Positions 36,394 through 49,026 of a stretch of DNA of 64,000 bases are shown in pieces. Positions within the stretch are counted from its first letter, which is position 1. Every line of letters begins with the position of its first letter. The notes under the pieces were generated by a model. It was not told the DNA's origin and made no database searches. It worked only from the letters and a program-made list of their open reading frames with translations. Source of the stretch: Piromyces finnis finn (Eukaryota; Fungi; Neocallimastigomycota). The position numbers and the translations under genes are program-made. The stretch covers positions 806,001 through 870,000 of the forward strand of contig MCFH01000014.1 in NCBI GenBank assembly GCA_002104945.1, in the 5' to 3' direction.

Positions 36394-36592
36394 GTATAGA
36401 AAAATTATTAGATAAATAGATTGATAATATTATAAATAAGATAGTTGAAAGAATTAATTATAATAATAAAATAGGTATATATACATTAGATATATATACA
36501 TAAAAATAAATATATAATAAAAATAAATCAAAATAATAATAAATAAAGATTTAAGTATATATATATAAAAAATATATATACACCAAACAAAC

Positions 36593-36636
<44 letters not shown>

Positions 36637-36689
36637 ATAAAACTTTATAAATAAAAATACTTGTAAAAATATACTAGGAGCGTATAGAG

Positions 36690-37040
36690 CTCATATACAG
36701 AGTTTCAGTGTATAATTAACTAGTTTCAGTTGGTTAGAAACTATAGCTGTTAATCACTGAAGTATTTGTAAAAGTAGGACGAGTGTGAATAGCACGCTTA
36801 CTTGGGGGAAGGGATTGTTAGTGTGATAAAAAGCACGCAATACAGGACTCTCAAGTTGAATACTTTTGTGAACTCTGGCGAATAAGGAACTTTAGTCACC
36901 GAAGGCTAAAGGTTTGTCGTGAAGGTAAAGCGACATAAAAATATATAGTTTAAATTTATTTTGAGGTCTAGTATATCACCTCTAGTTAGTAGCTTTTGCC
37001 GGTTAATTAAATTGTTGTAAGGCACTAAAAAGCGAAAAAT
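36690..37040 (+). ncRNA. Highly structured GC-enriched domain in the 2-kb leader of C
   Basis: Nested helices: CAGAGTTT/GAACTCTG, TTCAGTG/CACTGAA, TAGTTTC/GAAACTA, AAGTATTT/GAATACTT, GAGTGTG/CACGCTT, TTGGGGG/CTCTCAA, CTTTAGTC/GGCTAAAG, TGTCGT/GCGACA. Many G-U pairs work only on the plus strand. Confidence 0.6.
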
Positions 37041-37938
37041 AAATCCTGTAAATAAAGTTTTATATTTAATTATTTTTTTTAAAAAAAAAAAAGAAAAAGA
37101 AATACATAAATTATAATTATAAATTAATAATTATAATTTATAAATTAAAGATAAAAATTATTTAATTATAAAATATAATCATCGGTCAAATAAAATTAAA
37201 AGTATTGTTATAAATTTTAAATAATAAAAGCAATAATATTGAGTTGTCTTTTTAGTTAATTTTCAGCGAAAAATAACTTTTGTTTATCTTTTCGGTTAAT
37301 TAATTACTAAGATAATTAAAGTGTTTTATAGTAAGTTAGTAAGAGTGCAGTTTTATCACATATCGTGGGGGAGTAGAGCGCTAACTAATAAGTAAATATT
37401 ACACCACTTAATATTTATGACGGTTAGTTAGTGGAGGTCGAAAGGCACGGTGACGAAACTGTCGGGTACTCTGAAGGTACTATTATAACATAATCAATAT
37501 TATTTTCGGCTTTATAATAAAGAAATAAAAATAAACATCCTACTCTAAATTAAATATTTTTTTAACAATACTAATATATAAATAACTTAATATAAATAAA
37601 ATATATTCTTAACATTTTCTCAAAAAAAAAATAAAATCTTCTTAATTACAATAAAACTAAAGCAAGTGTCTACAAGTGTTTACAAACAACAACCAATTAC
37701 TCCTTTTATATTACATTATATAAACGTTATATAAGATTATATTTTATTAATAACAGTAATAAATAAAATACCTGTAAATAAAATACCTGTAAATAAAATT
37801 ATATTATTGTAAATAAAGACTATTGTAAATAAAAACATATTATTGTACCTATAACTAAATTATTGAGAATAAATAAAAATTGAACTTTTAAATAAAATAT
37901 TAAAATAAAATTAAATAAAATAAAAATAAAAAGTAATA

Positions 37939-38907
37939 ATGGATAATACTACTAAAGGTATTACCTTTAATAGAATACCTATTTTGGGTTCAACAAAGGT
38001 TGAATTTGATGATTGGGAATTTTCTTTCAAACATTGGTGTAATTTATATAAGGTACCAGAACAAGAAAAGTTAGAATACCTTATATCATTAACTACAGGT
38101 ACAGCTAGAACAATTGTAGTTAATGCATTAAATAAAGAAACACCAGATGATTATAATACCATCATCAAAAACCTTAAAAGTCATTTTAAAGGTTCAGTAC
38201 CAAAGAATTCTAGATTATTAGAATTGTCTACTATTACAATAAAGAAAAATGAAAGTGTATCTGAATTCAATATTAAATTTGACTCTTTAATAAATAAAAC
38301 AAACTTAAAAATGTCAAATGAAATCATATTGTCCTACTATATTAATGCTTTTAGAAACCTTACTAAAACTTACGAAGCACTTTTAGAAGCTGAACCAAAA
38401 AGTTTAGAAGAAGCCAGAAACATTACTATTAAGAAAGAGAAAATTTTCAATATAGTTGAAGAAAATAGACCAAAAATAAGAACTTCCATTAATTCTAGAA
38501 GGTCTCCAAATGATAATAATACTCAAAGAAATAATGATAGAGCATATTCAAATAAATTTAATAGTTATAACCGAATGAATAACAATAACACTACTCAAAA
38601 TAGTTTTAAAAATTATAATAATAGAAATTATACTAATAACTACAGAAATAATAATTATAATAGTAATATTCAAAATAATAACTACAATAATGATAACAAA
38701 AATTATTCAAGATTTAATAATATTAATCAAAACGTTGAGCAAAGAAAAAGTACCTTAAAATACCCACAAAATAATGATGATGAGTTAAAAGAAATAACTC
38801 AAAAGCTTGCTGACCTAAAAATTAATGTTTGCTTAAATTGTAAAAGAATAGGTCATACTACGAATGATTGTCCAGAATTAGATGACGAATACAATCATTT
38901 AAACTAA
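37939..38907 (+). CDS. gag: C Gag (322 aa)
   Basis: Capsid-like N-half, Asn-rich linker, CLNCKRIGHTTNDC knuckle. Confidence 0.93.
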   Translation: MDNTTKGITFNRIPILGSTKVEFDDWEFSFKHWCNLYKVPEQEKLEYLISLTTGTARTIVVNALNKETPDDYNTIIKNLKSHFKGSVPKNSRLLELSTITIKKNESVSEFNIKFDSLINKTNLKMSNEIILSYYINAFRNLTKTYEALLEAEPKSLEEARNITIKKEKIFNIVEENRPKIRTSINSRRSPNDNNTQRNNDRAYSNKFNSYNRMNNNNTTQNSFKNYNNRNYTNNYRNNNYNSNIQNNNYNNDNKNYSRFNNINQNVEQRKSTLKYPQNNDDELKEITQKLADLKINVCLNCKRIGHTTNDCPELDDEYNHLN

Positions 38908-41900
38908 ATAATGGGAGTAAGCAATCTCCCATAAAAACTAAAATTGCAAATAGTTCACAAAATACACAAGAAGCACAAATAAATCCCAATATCTCTAATG
39001 AAAATAATTATTCTATCAATGCGGCTCAAAAGAAGAAAATAAATGTTAAAACAGTAGATAAAAATAAAATATCACCAAATAATAAAAGTATTGTCAAACC
39101 CTCAATACTTAACCAACCTAATATTAGGAATTTAAAACAACAAAAGAAGGCTATTAGAGATACTCGTAGAAGAAAAATTAGCGAAGATAAAGATGAAGTT
39201 ATGGAAGAAACCCCAAATGAAGAAATAGAAATAGAAAGTGAAGAAGAACAAAATAATACAAATGAAATACCTTTAGAAGAAGTTACTAATACAAAAGAAC
39301 ATATCCAACCTATTGAAATTAATAACTCTAATGATTCTACCAATGAAGAAACTTTTAAAAATAATAATGAAACAAGTGATGTAAAAGTAAAGAAAAATTC
39401 TGTCAAAACCAAAGTAACCACAAAAAGAAATATGACAGAAATACAAATGTTAAAAACCAAAGATAAATTTAGTATAATTAAAGAAGCAAATAATTTATAT
39501 CCAAAAATAAGTCTTTCCCAATTACTTTCTGCTAGTCCATCACTTAGAAAAGAATTAGAACAAGGATGTAAACCTAAAGTTGAAAAAGTGATGTACTCCT
39601 TTAATAACTCTAATATTCCATTAATAATTGGTGATATAGATGGAAAATATTTAAAAATTCTTTATGATACTGGCGCAAATGTCAATATCATTACTACAAA
39701 TGGTTTTAATAAACTATCAAATAAAAATATTAAAAAAAGTGATGAGGAACAAAATATAACTATTGCTAATGGTACTACTGTTCCTACAAATGTTTTTACT
39801 ACTTTAAAAATAAATATTAATAATTGTTGTACTATTTTAGAAAAATTTTATATTATTGAACAAAGTAATCCATACTTTGATATAATTTTTGGAAGAGGTA
39901 TTCAAAAGAAATACCGTTTATTTATTGACCCTGATGATGATTATATATACCAGAAAACTAAAAAAGGTTTAAAGAAAATTACAAACATTATCAATAGTAA
40001 TGATAATGATGCTAATGATATTCCCTTAATGAATTCTATAATTATTTCAAAAGAAGAAAACCAAGAATTTCAAGATACGTTAAAAGAAATCTTAAATTCA
40101 ATATCTGATAATATTAAATCAAAATTTGAACACATTATAAATAAATATAAAAATTGTATGGCTACATCAATGTCTCAATTAACTACTGCGGATTTAGAAC
40201 CTCATTCTATAATTACTACTACTAATAAACCAATAAAATTAAAACCTTATAAATTATCTAAGGAACATGCTGATATTTTAAAAAGTGAAATTCTTTCATT
40301 ACTTGATAAAGGTTTAATTACTCCTTCTCACTCTCCATGGTCATTTCCAGTTTTACTTGTACAAAAGAAAAATGGTAAATGGAGAATGTGTATTGATTAT
40401 AGAAGACTTAATGAAATTACTATTAAGGATTCTTATGCACTTCCTTTTATTGATGAATTAATATCTTCTGTTAATGGTGCAAAAATATTTTCTGCTTTAG
40501 ATTTATACTCTGGCTACCACCAAATTCCTATGAACCCAAATGATGTTGAGAAAACTGCTTTTACAACAAAATTTGGTAATTATAATTTTAAAGTAATGCC
40601 ATTTGGTTTAACTAATGCTCCCGCTACTTTCCAGCGAGAAATGAATAGGATTCTCTTACCATTAATTGGTAAATGTCTTTTTGTTTACATTGATGATATT
40701 GTTGTTTATTCTAAATCACCAGAAGAACATCTTTATCATTTACAACAAGTTTTTGAAATATTATCTAAATATAATCTTTCTCTTAATTTACAAAAATGTA
40801 AATTCTTTCAAGAAAAGGTAGAAGTACTAGGACATGTACTTACACCTAACGGATTAAAAACTGTTCCTTCTAAAGTTCAAAGTATTGCTTTATGGAATGC
40901 TCCAAAAAATGTTAATGAACTAAGATCATTCCTAGGTTTAGCTAGTTACTACCGCAAATTTATTCAAAATTTTTCTATTAGAGCAAGCTCTCTTTTTAAT
41001 TTATTAAAGAAAGACCAAGAATATATTTGGTCACAAGAATGTAATAATGCTTTTGAAGATATCCGACAATGTCTATTAAGTGATCCTATTTTAAGTTATC
41101 CTGATTTTAATAAAGAATTTATTATTCGTACTGATGCATCAACTAATGGCATTGGTGCTGTACTCTTACAGGTGGAGGGGGACAAATTGGAACATCCAAT
41201 TTGTTGTATTAGTCGTACTTTATCTACTTCAGAAAAGAATTATTCTGTTACTGACCTTGAAGGATTAGCTATTTATTATGCAATTCTACAATTTCGTCAA
41301 TATATTATAAGTAATAAAAATCCTACCATATTAATTACTGATCATAAACCATTACTGGGATTTTATAAAAAGAATATTCCATCAAAAGGTAGACATGCAA
41401 GATGGATTGAAGAATTTAATAAATATAAAATTGAATTAAAATATGATAAAGGAAAGAAAAATGTTTTTGCTGATGCCCTTTCAAGATTACCTTCTAAAAA
41501 TTCTGATGAAATAGTAAATTGTGCTTATGCAATTTTGTCTGATTTTAATCCAAGAGATTTAGACCTACCTGAAGGAATAAAAAAATATTTTACTAAAAAT
41601 TATCAAGTTGTTGATAATACTCTTTATTATAAAAAAGATGAATTATATCTTAAAGTTATTTACAAAGATGAAGATAAAAAAGATATTATTAGTCGTGCTC
41701 ATTCTGTTGGTCATGAAGGTGCTGAAAAGACCACAAATAGAATTTTAAAATCTTATTATTGGCCTGGTATTTGGAATGATGTTAGAATGTGGGTAAAGTC
41801 CTGTAGAAAATGTCAACTTTGTAGACCTAAGCCTTTACCTAAAAATACTGAAGATAATATAACCCCAATTGAACAACCATTTACTAGAGTCGGATTAGAT

Positions 41901-42749
41901 ATAGTTGGCCCATTACCACTTACTAAACATGGAAATTCTTATATTATTACCCTTGTTGATTATTTCACTAAATGGGTTGAAGCTAAAGCAATTCCAAATA
42001 TGAAATCAGAAGAAGTAATAAAATTTTTAATAGAAGTAATAACAAGACATGGTCCACCAGAAATAATTGTTACTGATAATGGAAGTTCATTTATTTCTGA
42101 TATTACTAAAATGATGATTGATTTATATGGATCATGGGTTCATTTTGTTTCTCCTCATCATCCACAATCTAATGGTATGATTGAGAATAGAAACAAAGAA
42201 ATAGGAAAAACTTTAAGACTCTTAATTGAAAATGAATCTGAATGGGATGAATATCTACCATCTGCATTATGGTCACTTAGAACTACCAAAAATTCAAAAA
42301 CAAAGTTTAGTAGTTTCGAATTATTATATGGTAGAAGAGACACATGGCCATTAGAAATAATGTTTCCCGATATTTATAAAGATCCTAATGAAACAGAAGA
42401 AGAATATATTTTTAGAAGATTTTTAAGGCATCAAAATTGGGTAAAACAAGCTACTGAATATTCTAATCATGCTAATCAATATTGGGAACATAGAATAGGT
42501 TTATCCAAAGCTTTAAAGAAGACTTATAAACCGGGTGATTATGTTATGATAAGATTAATAGGAAGAAGTAAATTAAATCCTTATTTTTATGGTCCTTATA
42601 AAGTCGTTAATAAACAAAAATTTAATACTGTTGTACTTGAAGATCCACATACAGGAAAACTACTTGATAGAAATGTACATATTAAAAATATTTTTCCTTA
42701 CGTTCTACCAGAACAAAATTTAACTTCAAGGGACGAAGTTAATTCTTAA
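38898..42749 (+). CDS. pol: C Pol via -1 frameshift (PR-RT-RNase H-IN), uninterrupted
   Basis: The -1 frame is open from the slippery site T TTA AAC (38898-38904) into ORF 39201-42749. ILYDTGA, YIDD, IRTDAS, HSVGH/CRKC, VGLDIVGP, VTDNG, PYFYGPY. No chromodomain. Confidence 0.95.
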   Translation, partial: FKLNNGSKQSPIKTKIANSSQNTQEAQINPNISNENNYSINAAQKKKINVKTVDKNKISPNNKSIVKPSILNQPNIRNLKQQKKAIRDTRRRKISEDKDEVMEETPNEEIEIESEEEQNNTNEIPLEEVTNTKEHIQPIEINNSNDSTNEETFKNNNETSDVKVKKNSVKTKVTTKRNMTEIQMLKTKDKFSIIKEANNLYPKISLSQLLSASPSLRKELEQGCKPKVEKVMYSFNNSNIPLIIGDIDGKYLKILYDTGANVNIITTNGFNKLSNKNIKKSDEEQNITIANGTTVPTNVFTTLKININNCCTILEKFYIIEQSNPYFDIIFGRGIQKKYRLFIDPDDDYIYQKTKKGLKKITNIINSNDNDANDIPLMNSIIISKEENQEFQDTLKEILNSISDNIKSKFEHIINKYKNCMATSMSQLTTADLEPHSIITTTNKPIKLKPYKLSKEHADILKSEILSLLDKGLITPSHSPWSFPVLLVQKKNGKWRMCIDYRRLNEITIKDSYALPFIDELISSVNGAKIFSALDLYSGYHQIPMNPNDVEKTAFTTKFGNYNFKVMPFGLTNAPATFQREMNRILLPLIGKCLFVYIDDIVVYSKSPEEHLYHLQQVFEILSKYNLSLNLQKCKFFQEKVEVLGHVLTPNGLKTVPSKVQSIALWNAPKNVNELRSFLGLASYYRKFIQNFSIRASSLFNLLKKDQEYIWSQECNNAFEDIRQCLLSDPILSYPDFNKEFIIRTDASTNGIGAVLLQVEGDKLEHPICCISRTLSTSEKNYSVTDLEGLAIYYAILQFRQYIISNKNPTILITDHKPLLGFYKKNIPSKGRHARWIEEFNKYKIELKYDKGKKNVFADALSRLPSKNSDEIVNCAYAILSDFNPRDLDLPEGIKKYFTKNYQVVDNTLYYKKDELYLKVIYKDEDKKDIISRAHSVGHEGAEKTTNRILKSYYWPGIWNDVRMWVKSCRKCQLCRPKPLPKNTEDNITPIEQPFTRVGLDIVGPLPLTKHGNSYIITLVDYFTKWVEAKAIPNMKSEEVIKFLIEVITRHGPPEIIVTDNGSSFISDITKMMIDLYGSWVHFVSPHHPQSNGMIENRNKEIGKTLRLLIENESEWDEYLPSALWSLRTTKNSKTKFSSFELLYGRRDTWPLEIMFPDIYKDPNETEEEYIFRRFLRHQNWVKQATEYSNHANQYWEHRIGLSKALKKTYKPGDYVMIRLIGRSKLNPYFYGPYKVVNKQKFNTVVLEDPHTGKLLDRNVHIKNIFPYVLPEQNLTSRDEVNS

Positions 42750-43573
42750 AAGGCCGAGAAACTGATAAATAATGAAATTAATAAATATAAAATTATTATT
42801 ATACCTGATTTTTAAGTTAACCCTAAAAGTAACTTAAAACAAGTTATAGTTTAATTAAGTACTTTACCAAAATTCTTAAATAAAATTAATCCTAAACACT
42901 GCATATGTTTTGATTATTGAAAGAAAATAATAAACTTTAATTAATCGAGATCAAAATATATAACTTTTGTTAAATTAATTGTTAAATTAAATGTTTAATA
43001 ACTTCGTTAGTAAATTACACTTTAAAAGTAAACAAATATAATAATTCATGTTATAAAATAATATAATTAAACACTTTTATTAAAATACTAAAAATAATTA
43101 TTACTTTAATTAATTGTAAAATAAACAACTTTTTATATTCTTTAACTTTTAATTATTTCTTTTATTGTTATTTCTAATCACTTTTATTATTTTTATTGTA
43201 AATAGTTATTAATTTTATTGTTTTAATGTAAATAGTTTAAATTTAAAAGAAAATATAAATACATGTAAATATTCTTATTTTAATCATTATTATTATTATT
43301 AATAAAGAAATATTATATAGTTAGATTAATATTTTATAATTTTAATAATCACTTTTATACTTAAATAAATAAAATTTTAAATATTTAAATATTAGAAAAA
43401 CAAGTCTAATAAAACAATTTAGTGTTTTAACAAAACAATTTTATTAATTTTTATAAAAACGATTTTAAATCTTAATCAATATAACTTATATAGTTATAAC
43501 AAAAGATATAATATAATAATCACTTTTTGAAGTAAAATTCAAAATTAAGATTATTATCAAATTATATCATTTT

Positions 43574-44566
43574 TGATAAAGAATGAAATTTATAAATAAT
43601 GAATTAATAGAATAGCTGATTTTAAAATTATATAAACTTAATATAAATTAAAATAATAGTAAATAATCAAAATAATATAAAATATAAATGTTTAATTAAA
43701 TTTTAAAAATGTAAAATATAAACAACTTTTGTTTATAAACAAACTTAAATGTAATTATTTATTATAAATAGAAATAGAAAATATTATTTTTAAAGATTGT
43801 TACTAATTAGCCAGGAAAATTAGAATATTTTAAAATTATAATAAATTAATATATTTTTTTTTATAATACATAGCGAGATGTATTATACATTTATTTTAAA
43901 TAAATAAACTAATATTATAAAACAAGATGTATTTTTTAAAACTTTAAATTATATTTAATAATTATATAAACTTGTAGAATGAGCAAGTAAAAAATAAATC
44001 ATTCAATTACACACAAATATACCACTTTCTAAGCTTATTTAGGATTAAGGTATATTTGAACGTGTGTCATTTTTGATAAAGAATGAAATTTATAAATAAT
44101 GAATTAATAGAATAGCTGATTTTAAGATTATATAAACTTAATATAAATTAAAATAATAGTAAATAATCAAAATAATATAAAATATAAATGTTTAATTAAA
44201 TTTTAAAAATGTAAAATATAAACAACTTTTGTTTATAAACAAACTTAAATGTAATTATTTATTATAAATAGAAATAGAAAATATTATTTTTAAAGATTGT
44301 TACTAATTAGCCAGAAAAATTAGAATATTTTAAAATTATAATAAATTAATATATTTTTTTTTATAATGCATAGCGAGATGTATTATATATTTATTTTAAA
44401 TAAATAAACTAATATTATAAAACAAGATGTGTTTTTAAAACTTTAAATTATATTTAATAATTATATAAACTTGTAGAATGAGCAAGAAAAATAAATCATT
44501 CAATTACACACAAATATACCACTTTCTAAGCTTATTTAGAATTAAGGTATATTTGAACGTGTGCCA
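43574..44566 (+). mobile_element. Two tandem D-family solo LTRs (43574-44069, 44074-44566)
   Basis: Near-identical ~495-bp units starting TGATAAAGAATG, separated from each other and from C by TTTT. The first 50 nt resemble the C LTR start. Confidence 0.88.
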
Positions 44567-44569
44567 TTT

Positions 44570-45380
44570 TGGCAAATAATGAAATTAATAAATATAAAAT
44601 TATTATTAAACCTGATTTTTAAGTTAACCCTAAAAGTAACTTAAAACAAATTATAGTTTAATTAAGTACTTTACCAAAATTCTTAAATAAAATTAATCCT
44701 AAACACTGCATATATTTTGATTATTGAAAGAAAATAATAAACTTTAATTAATCGAGATCAAAATATATAACTCTTGTTAAATTAATTATTAAATTAAATA
44801 TTTAATAACTTCGTTAGTAAATTACACTTTAAAAGTAAACAAATATAATAATTCATGTTATAAAATAATATAATTAAACACCTTTATTAAAACATTAAAA
44901 ATAATTATTACTTTAATTAATTGTAAAATAAACAACTTTTTATATTCTTTAACTTTTAATTATTACTTTTATTGTTATTTCTAATTACTTTTATTATTTT
45001 TATTGTAAATAGTTATTAATTTTATTGTTTTAATGTAAATAGTTTAAATTCAAAAGAAAATATAAATACATGTAAATATTCTTATTTTAATCATTATTAT
45101 TATTATTAATAAAGAAATATTATATAGTTAGATTAATATTTTATAATTTTAATAATCACTTTTATACTTAAATAAATAAAATTTTAAATATTTAAATATT
45201 AGAAAAACAAGTGTTTCTAATAAAACAATTTAGTGTTTTAACAAAACAATTTTATTAATTTTTATAAAAACGATCTTAAATCTTAATCAATATAACTTAT
45301 ATAGTTATAACAAAAGATATAATATAATAATCACTTTTTGAAGTAAAATTCAAAATTAAGATTATTATCAAATTATATCA
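44570..45380 (+). mobile_element. C-family solo LTR (older variant)
   Basis: Aligns with 35172-35969. Shares diagnostic variants with 49027-49836. Flanked by TTT and CTTTT. Confidence 0.92.
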
Positions 45381-45385
45381 CTTTT

Positions 45386-47195
45386 TGTGTAATAATTCCA
45401 TTATAAATTATTATATAATAGAATTATTAACTACAATGTGAAGATATTAACTGGATTTAAAACAAATTCAGATAATATCTATAATTAATTAAACATAATA
45501 ATTATAATTAAATAATTTCAATGATTATTTTAAAACACCTTTAAAAGTCACCTTTTAAATTTTGATTCAGTGAAAGGGTTATGATTTCAAAAATTTAATA
45601 TCAATACACTATAACCCTTAAACAAAAATAAACAAACACGAAACAAGGCGTAACTCGCCAGAAACGATCGCTACGGCTGTAAGTGATACGGCTGTGAAAC
45701 CAGGTTTATTAGAAAGCTTAAGGGAAAAGCTATATTTTGGTACAATCGCGGTCCTTCTAACTGGTCATTTAAGGAAGACATGATCATTTGAAGATTTTAA
45801 TAAGTAAATTAAAATTAATATGATATCAAGTATGAATCATAGACATTTCTTATGACTTGACGAAAATTAAAAAGATATCAATAGAAATTCTAATTATATT
45901 AATTTAATTAATGATAGTGACTGTTACTAAAAATAGAACTAAACCATTTAGGTGTAACAGTTAACATTTATAAATTAAATAATTTTAATTATTATAAAAT
46001 AGGTTAATGGATCAAGTGTTTAAATGATTAATCATATGTTTATTTTATTTTATGTCATGACAAAACAAACAAACAAACAAACAAACAATCTTATTATATT
46101 ATTAACATATTACATGTAATACTTTATTTTTATCAATTTAATAATCTGAACAAAGAATATAAAATAGAATGAATTGAATTTGATTTTAATTCTTTGTAAA
46201 GATTATAGTTATAATCTTAATTATATAGTTATTAAATATATTATCATTTATATTATTATTAATAAATAAATAAAATTTTATAAAAAAGTTATTCTAAAGA
46301 ATAAATATTAATTTTTCATTTGGAAGTTTAAAGGGTTATTTTATATTTAAATTTAATTTCTTAAAAAACATATTTACTATATAATTGATAACATTCTGAC
46401 CTGGCCGCATAACCAAATCCAAAAACTTAACATACAATTTATTGATAAATTGAGAATAAAAAGAAAATAAATATTAATACTTATCTTTAAGTTCGAGTTT
46501 ATTATAAGAGTAGAAATAATTTTACACTTTAATAAGTTAATATGTTTTATTATAACTAAGTTAAGTAAAATAAAATTAAAAAACACTTTTATTATTATAA
46601 TTTTTTTTTTATAATAATAACTCTTGATTCCTTAGAAGAGAATCAAGAGTCTTTATTTATATTATTTAATAAATTTAAAGTTTAAATTAAAATTTTATCT
46701 AATCTTAACAAAATAATTTTTTGTTTAGGAAAAGATTAGAAGAAAAACCTAAACAAAGTTCGATCAACATTCTATACATATTGATCATCGTATATTTTAA
46801 GTAAAACCAATTATTTTAGAAATTGGAAAAAACCTTAAAATATCGATTCCTAAACAATGAATAATTATTTTAAAGTAATTAATTAAATAAATAATTAAAT
46901 ATATATATATTTGATAAAAATATAAAGTTAAATAAAAGTAATTAATTAAATTAATTAATTAAATGCATAAATATAATTAATAAAAATATTAAATAAAATA
47001 TTAATGAATAATATAATTAAATGGCTAAATGTAATTTAAGATATTAAAATTAAGTGAAAATAAATAATTAAAATAAATTTAAATGAGAATAATTATTTAA
47101 ATAAACTAATATTAATAACATTAATTAATGATTAATAATTAATGATTTTAACTAAGAAATATTAATTATGTATCAAATAATTATTATTTCTTACA
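45386..47195. mobile_element. G solo LTR (~810 bp) containing a nested F solo LTR at 45437-46432
   Basis: TG(TG)TAA...TTACA bounded by T-rich spacers. Nested F has TSD TACAA. The start could be 45386 or 45388. Confidence 0.72.
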
Positions 47196-47198
47196 TTT

Positions 47199-47964
47199 TG
47201 ATACAAGATGCATAGAAAAATATAATATTTTAAATATTTTATGAATAATATCTAATCCTTTTATAAATTGTATATCAATTACTAGTGTTAATAATAATTA
47301 AACTATATTAGTATAAATTATTATGACGTAAATGTTACACATATATTAGAATAATTAATTACACAAGAAATGAAAAGATATAAAAATAGTGATAAAGAAC
47401 AAAATATAAGAAGAGAACTTTTCATTTATAAATAATATTTGATATTTTAGTTTTAAGTATAAGTTCTATTTTATTTTATTTTAGTTACAGTTTATTTTAG
47501 TTTAGTTTTAGGTCACTAATTACGTATTTAGTATTTATTATATTTAATTCAGTTTAAAATATTAATTATAAAAGAAAAGAATAATTATTGTTTATTTTTA
47601 TTATTTCAAAAAGTTATATTTTATTATTAATAAGAATTTTATCAACATATTTTTATATTTACATTTTATATTTAAGTATTTATATTTATTAAACAATAAC
47701 TTTCGATTCTACTAGTATTGAATGTTATTAATGTTATAATCATAATAATAATAATAATTAAATAAAGAAACTTTAAACCAAAATCTATTTAATTATATTA
47801 TTATAAAATTTATTATTTTTATTATTTGTTTTTATTATTTATTTTTATTATTATAAAATAGAAATAAATACAATATTATCTAATATATTATTCAACTCTC
47901 ATTCCCTATTGCTAACGTTCACAATTATATTTTATTTATGGTGTTTTTGAAATATATTGCATCA
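47199..47964. mobile_element. Solo LTR P
   Basis: Termini TGATACAA / TTGCATCA (7 of 8 inverted match), flanked by TTT and TTTT. Confidence 0.72.
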
Positions 47965-47968
47965 TTTT

Positions 47969-49023
47969 TGATACGCTACTCACATAAAAACATAATAAAA
48001 AAACTAGCTGAATAAACACGACTTAACCCATAGTAACTTATAATAAAAAAATAAACGATAATAACCCTTAAAAATGAATGAATAATAATTTTATGAAAAT
48101 ATAACCCTTTTATAAATAAATAATATTCTCTTTATTATATAATAAATTCTGAGTAAAAACGACCTAATAGTGATAATAATAAAATAAATTATTAAATAAA
48201 ATAAATTATTAAATAAAATAAAACGACTTAATCCAATAATGTACTAAAATAATAAAATAATAATAAATAAATAAAAATGAATAAATAAACTAAAAATAAA
48301 ATGGTATACATCAAATTATTAATTCTAGTGTTTATCCAAGTGTTCTTTAGAAATTCTCTTAAACTTATAAATTAATAAATAGCTAATTGAGTAATTATTA
48401 CTAAAATGATAAACTTAAAACCTGGAAATAGAACAATAATAACAATTCCAAAGATAAAATACAGAACTCTTTTATGTTTCTGTATAAAATGAATGTTTAT
48501 AATAATTGATACTTTTAATATTTTAATTTTGTTAAATTTTTATTTTAATTTTAAATTTTAATTATTTTATTCAAGGTATTATACATTTAATGATAGTCAA
48601 TGATAATTTATAATAATTTTTCTAAATTTAAACATTTTGAAGTAATAAAAAAATCAAATAAGTAATATTCTATAATATTTTATAATACTAAGACATAATT
48701 TTAATTTATTCTTTTAATTTTAATAAATAATAACAATAGTAATAATAATACATGTAATAAACGAAAATGTATAAAAGGAAGATAAAATTCTTCTTTATAA
48801 AAAAGGGCGGACAATAAATAGATAATAAATAAATTATAAAATATAATAAAGATTTAATTTAAAAACATAATAAGAGTTTATTTTCGAGTTTTGAGTGATT
48901 TATTTGTTAATTATAAAACATATTTTTATTTTATTTTAAATTTATTGTTTCATCATAATAATATAGAATTTATTATTTATTAAAAACATTATATTATTCA
49001 AAAATATATCGGTCAACGCATCA
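47969..49023. mobile_element. Solo LTR Q
   Basis: Termini TGATACG / CGCATCA, flanked by TTTT and TTT. Confidence 0.72.
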
Positions 49024-49026
49024 TTT

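Larger units (their letters stand above)
35172..43569 (+). mobile_element. Element C: full-length tRNA-primed Ty3/gypsy inserted 14 nt upstream of tRNA-Gly
   Basis: LTRs 35172-35969 and 42763-43569 (TGATA...TATCA; 2 substitutions and a 9-bp indel seen). TTTT on both flanks. PBS 35971-35988. Purine-rich AAAAGGCCGAGAAAC before the 3' LTR. Confidence 0.96.

Noticed and set aside
36354-36628. Long poly(A) runs in the C leader (also 6150-6183 poly(T), 34900-34928 poly(A)) as functional or LINE tails
   Set aside because: No TSDs or associated LINE body, and homopolymer lengths are unreliable in assemblies.
36690-37490. Group I intron, RNase P/MRP or hammerhead in the C leader
   Set aside because: The P/Q/R/S elements, the P4 GAGGAAAGUCC-type motif and the CUGANGA core could not be found.
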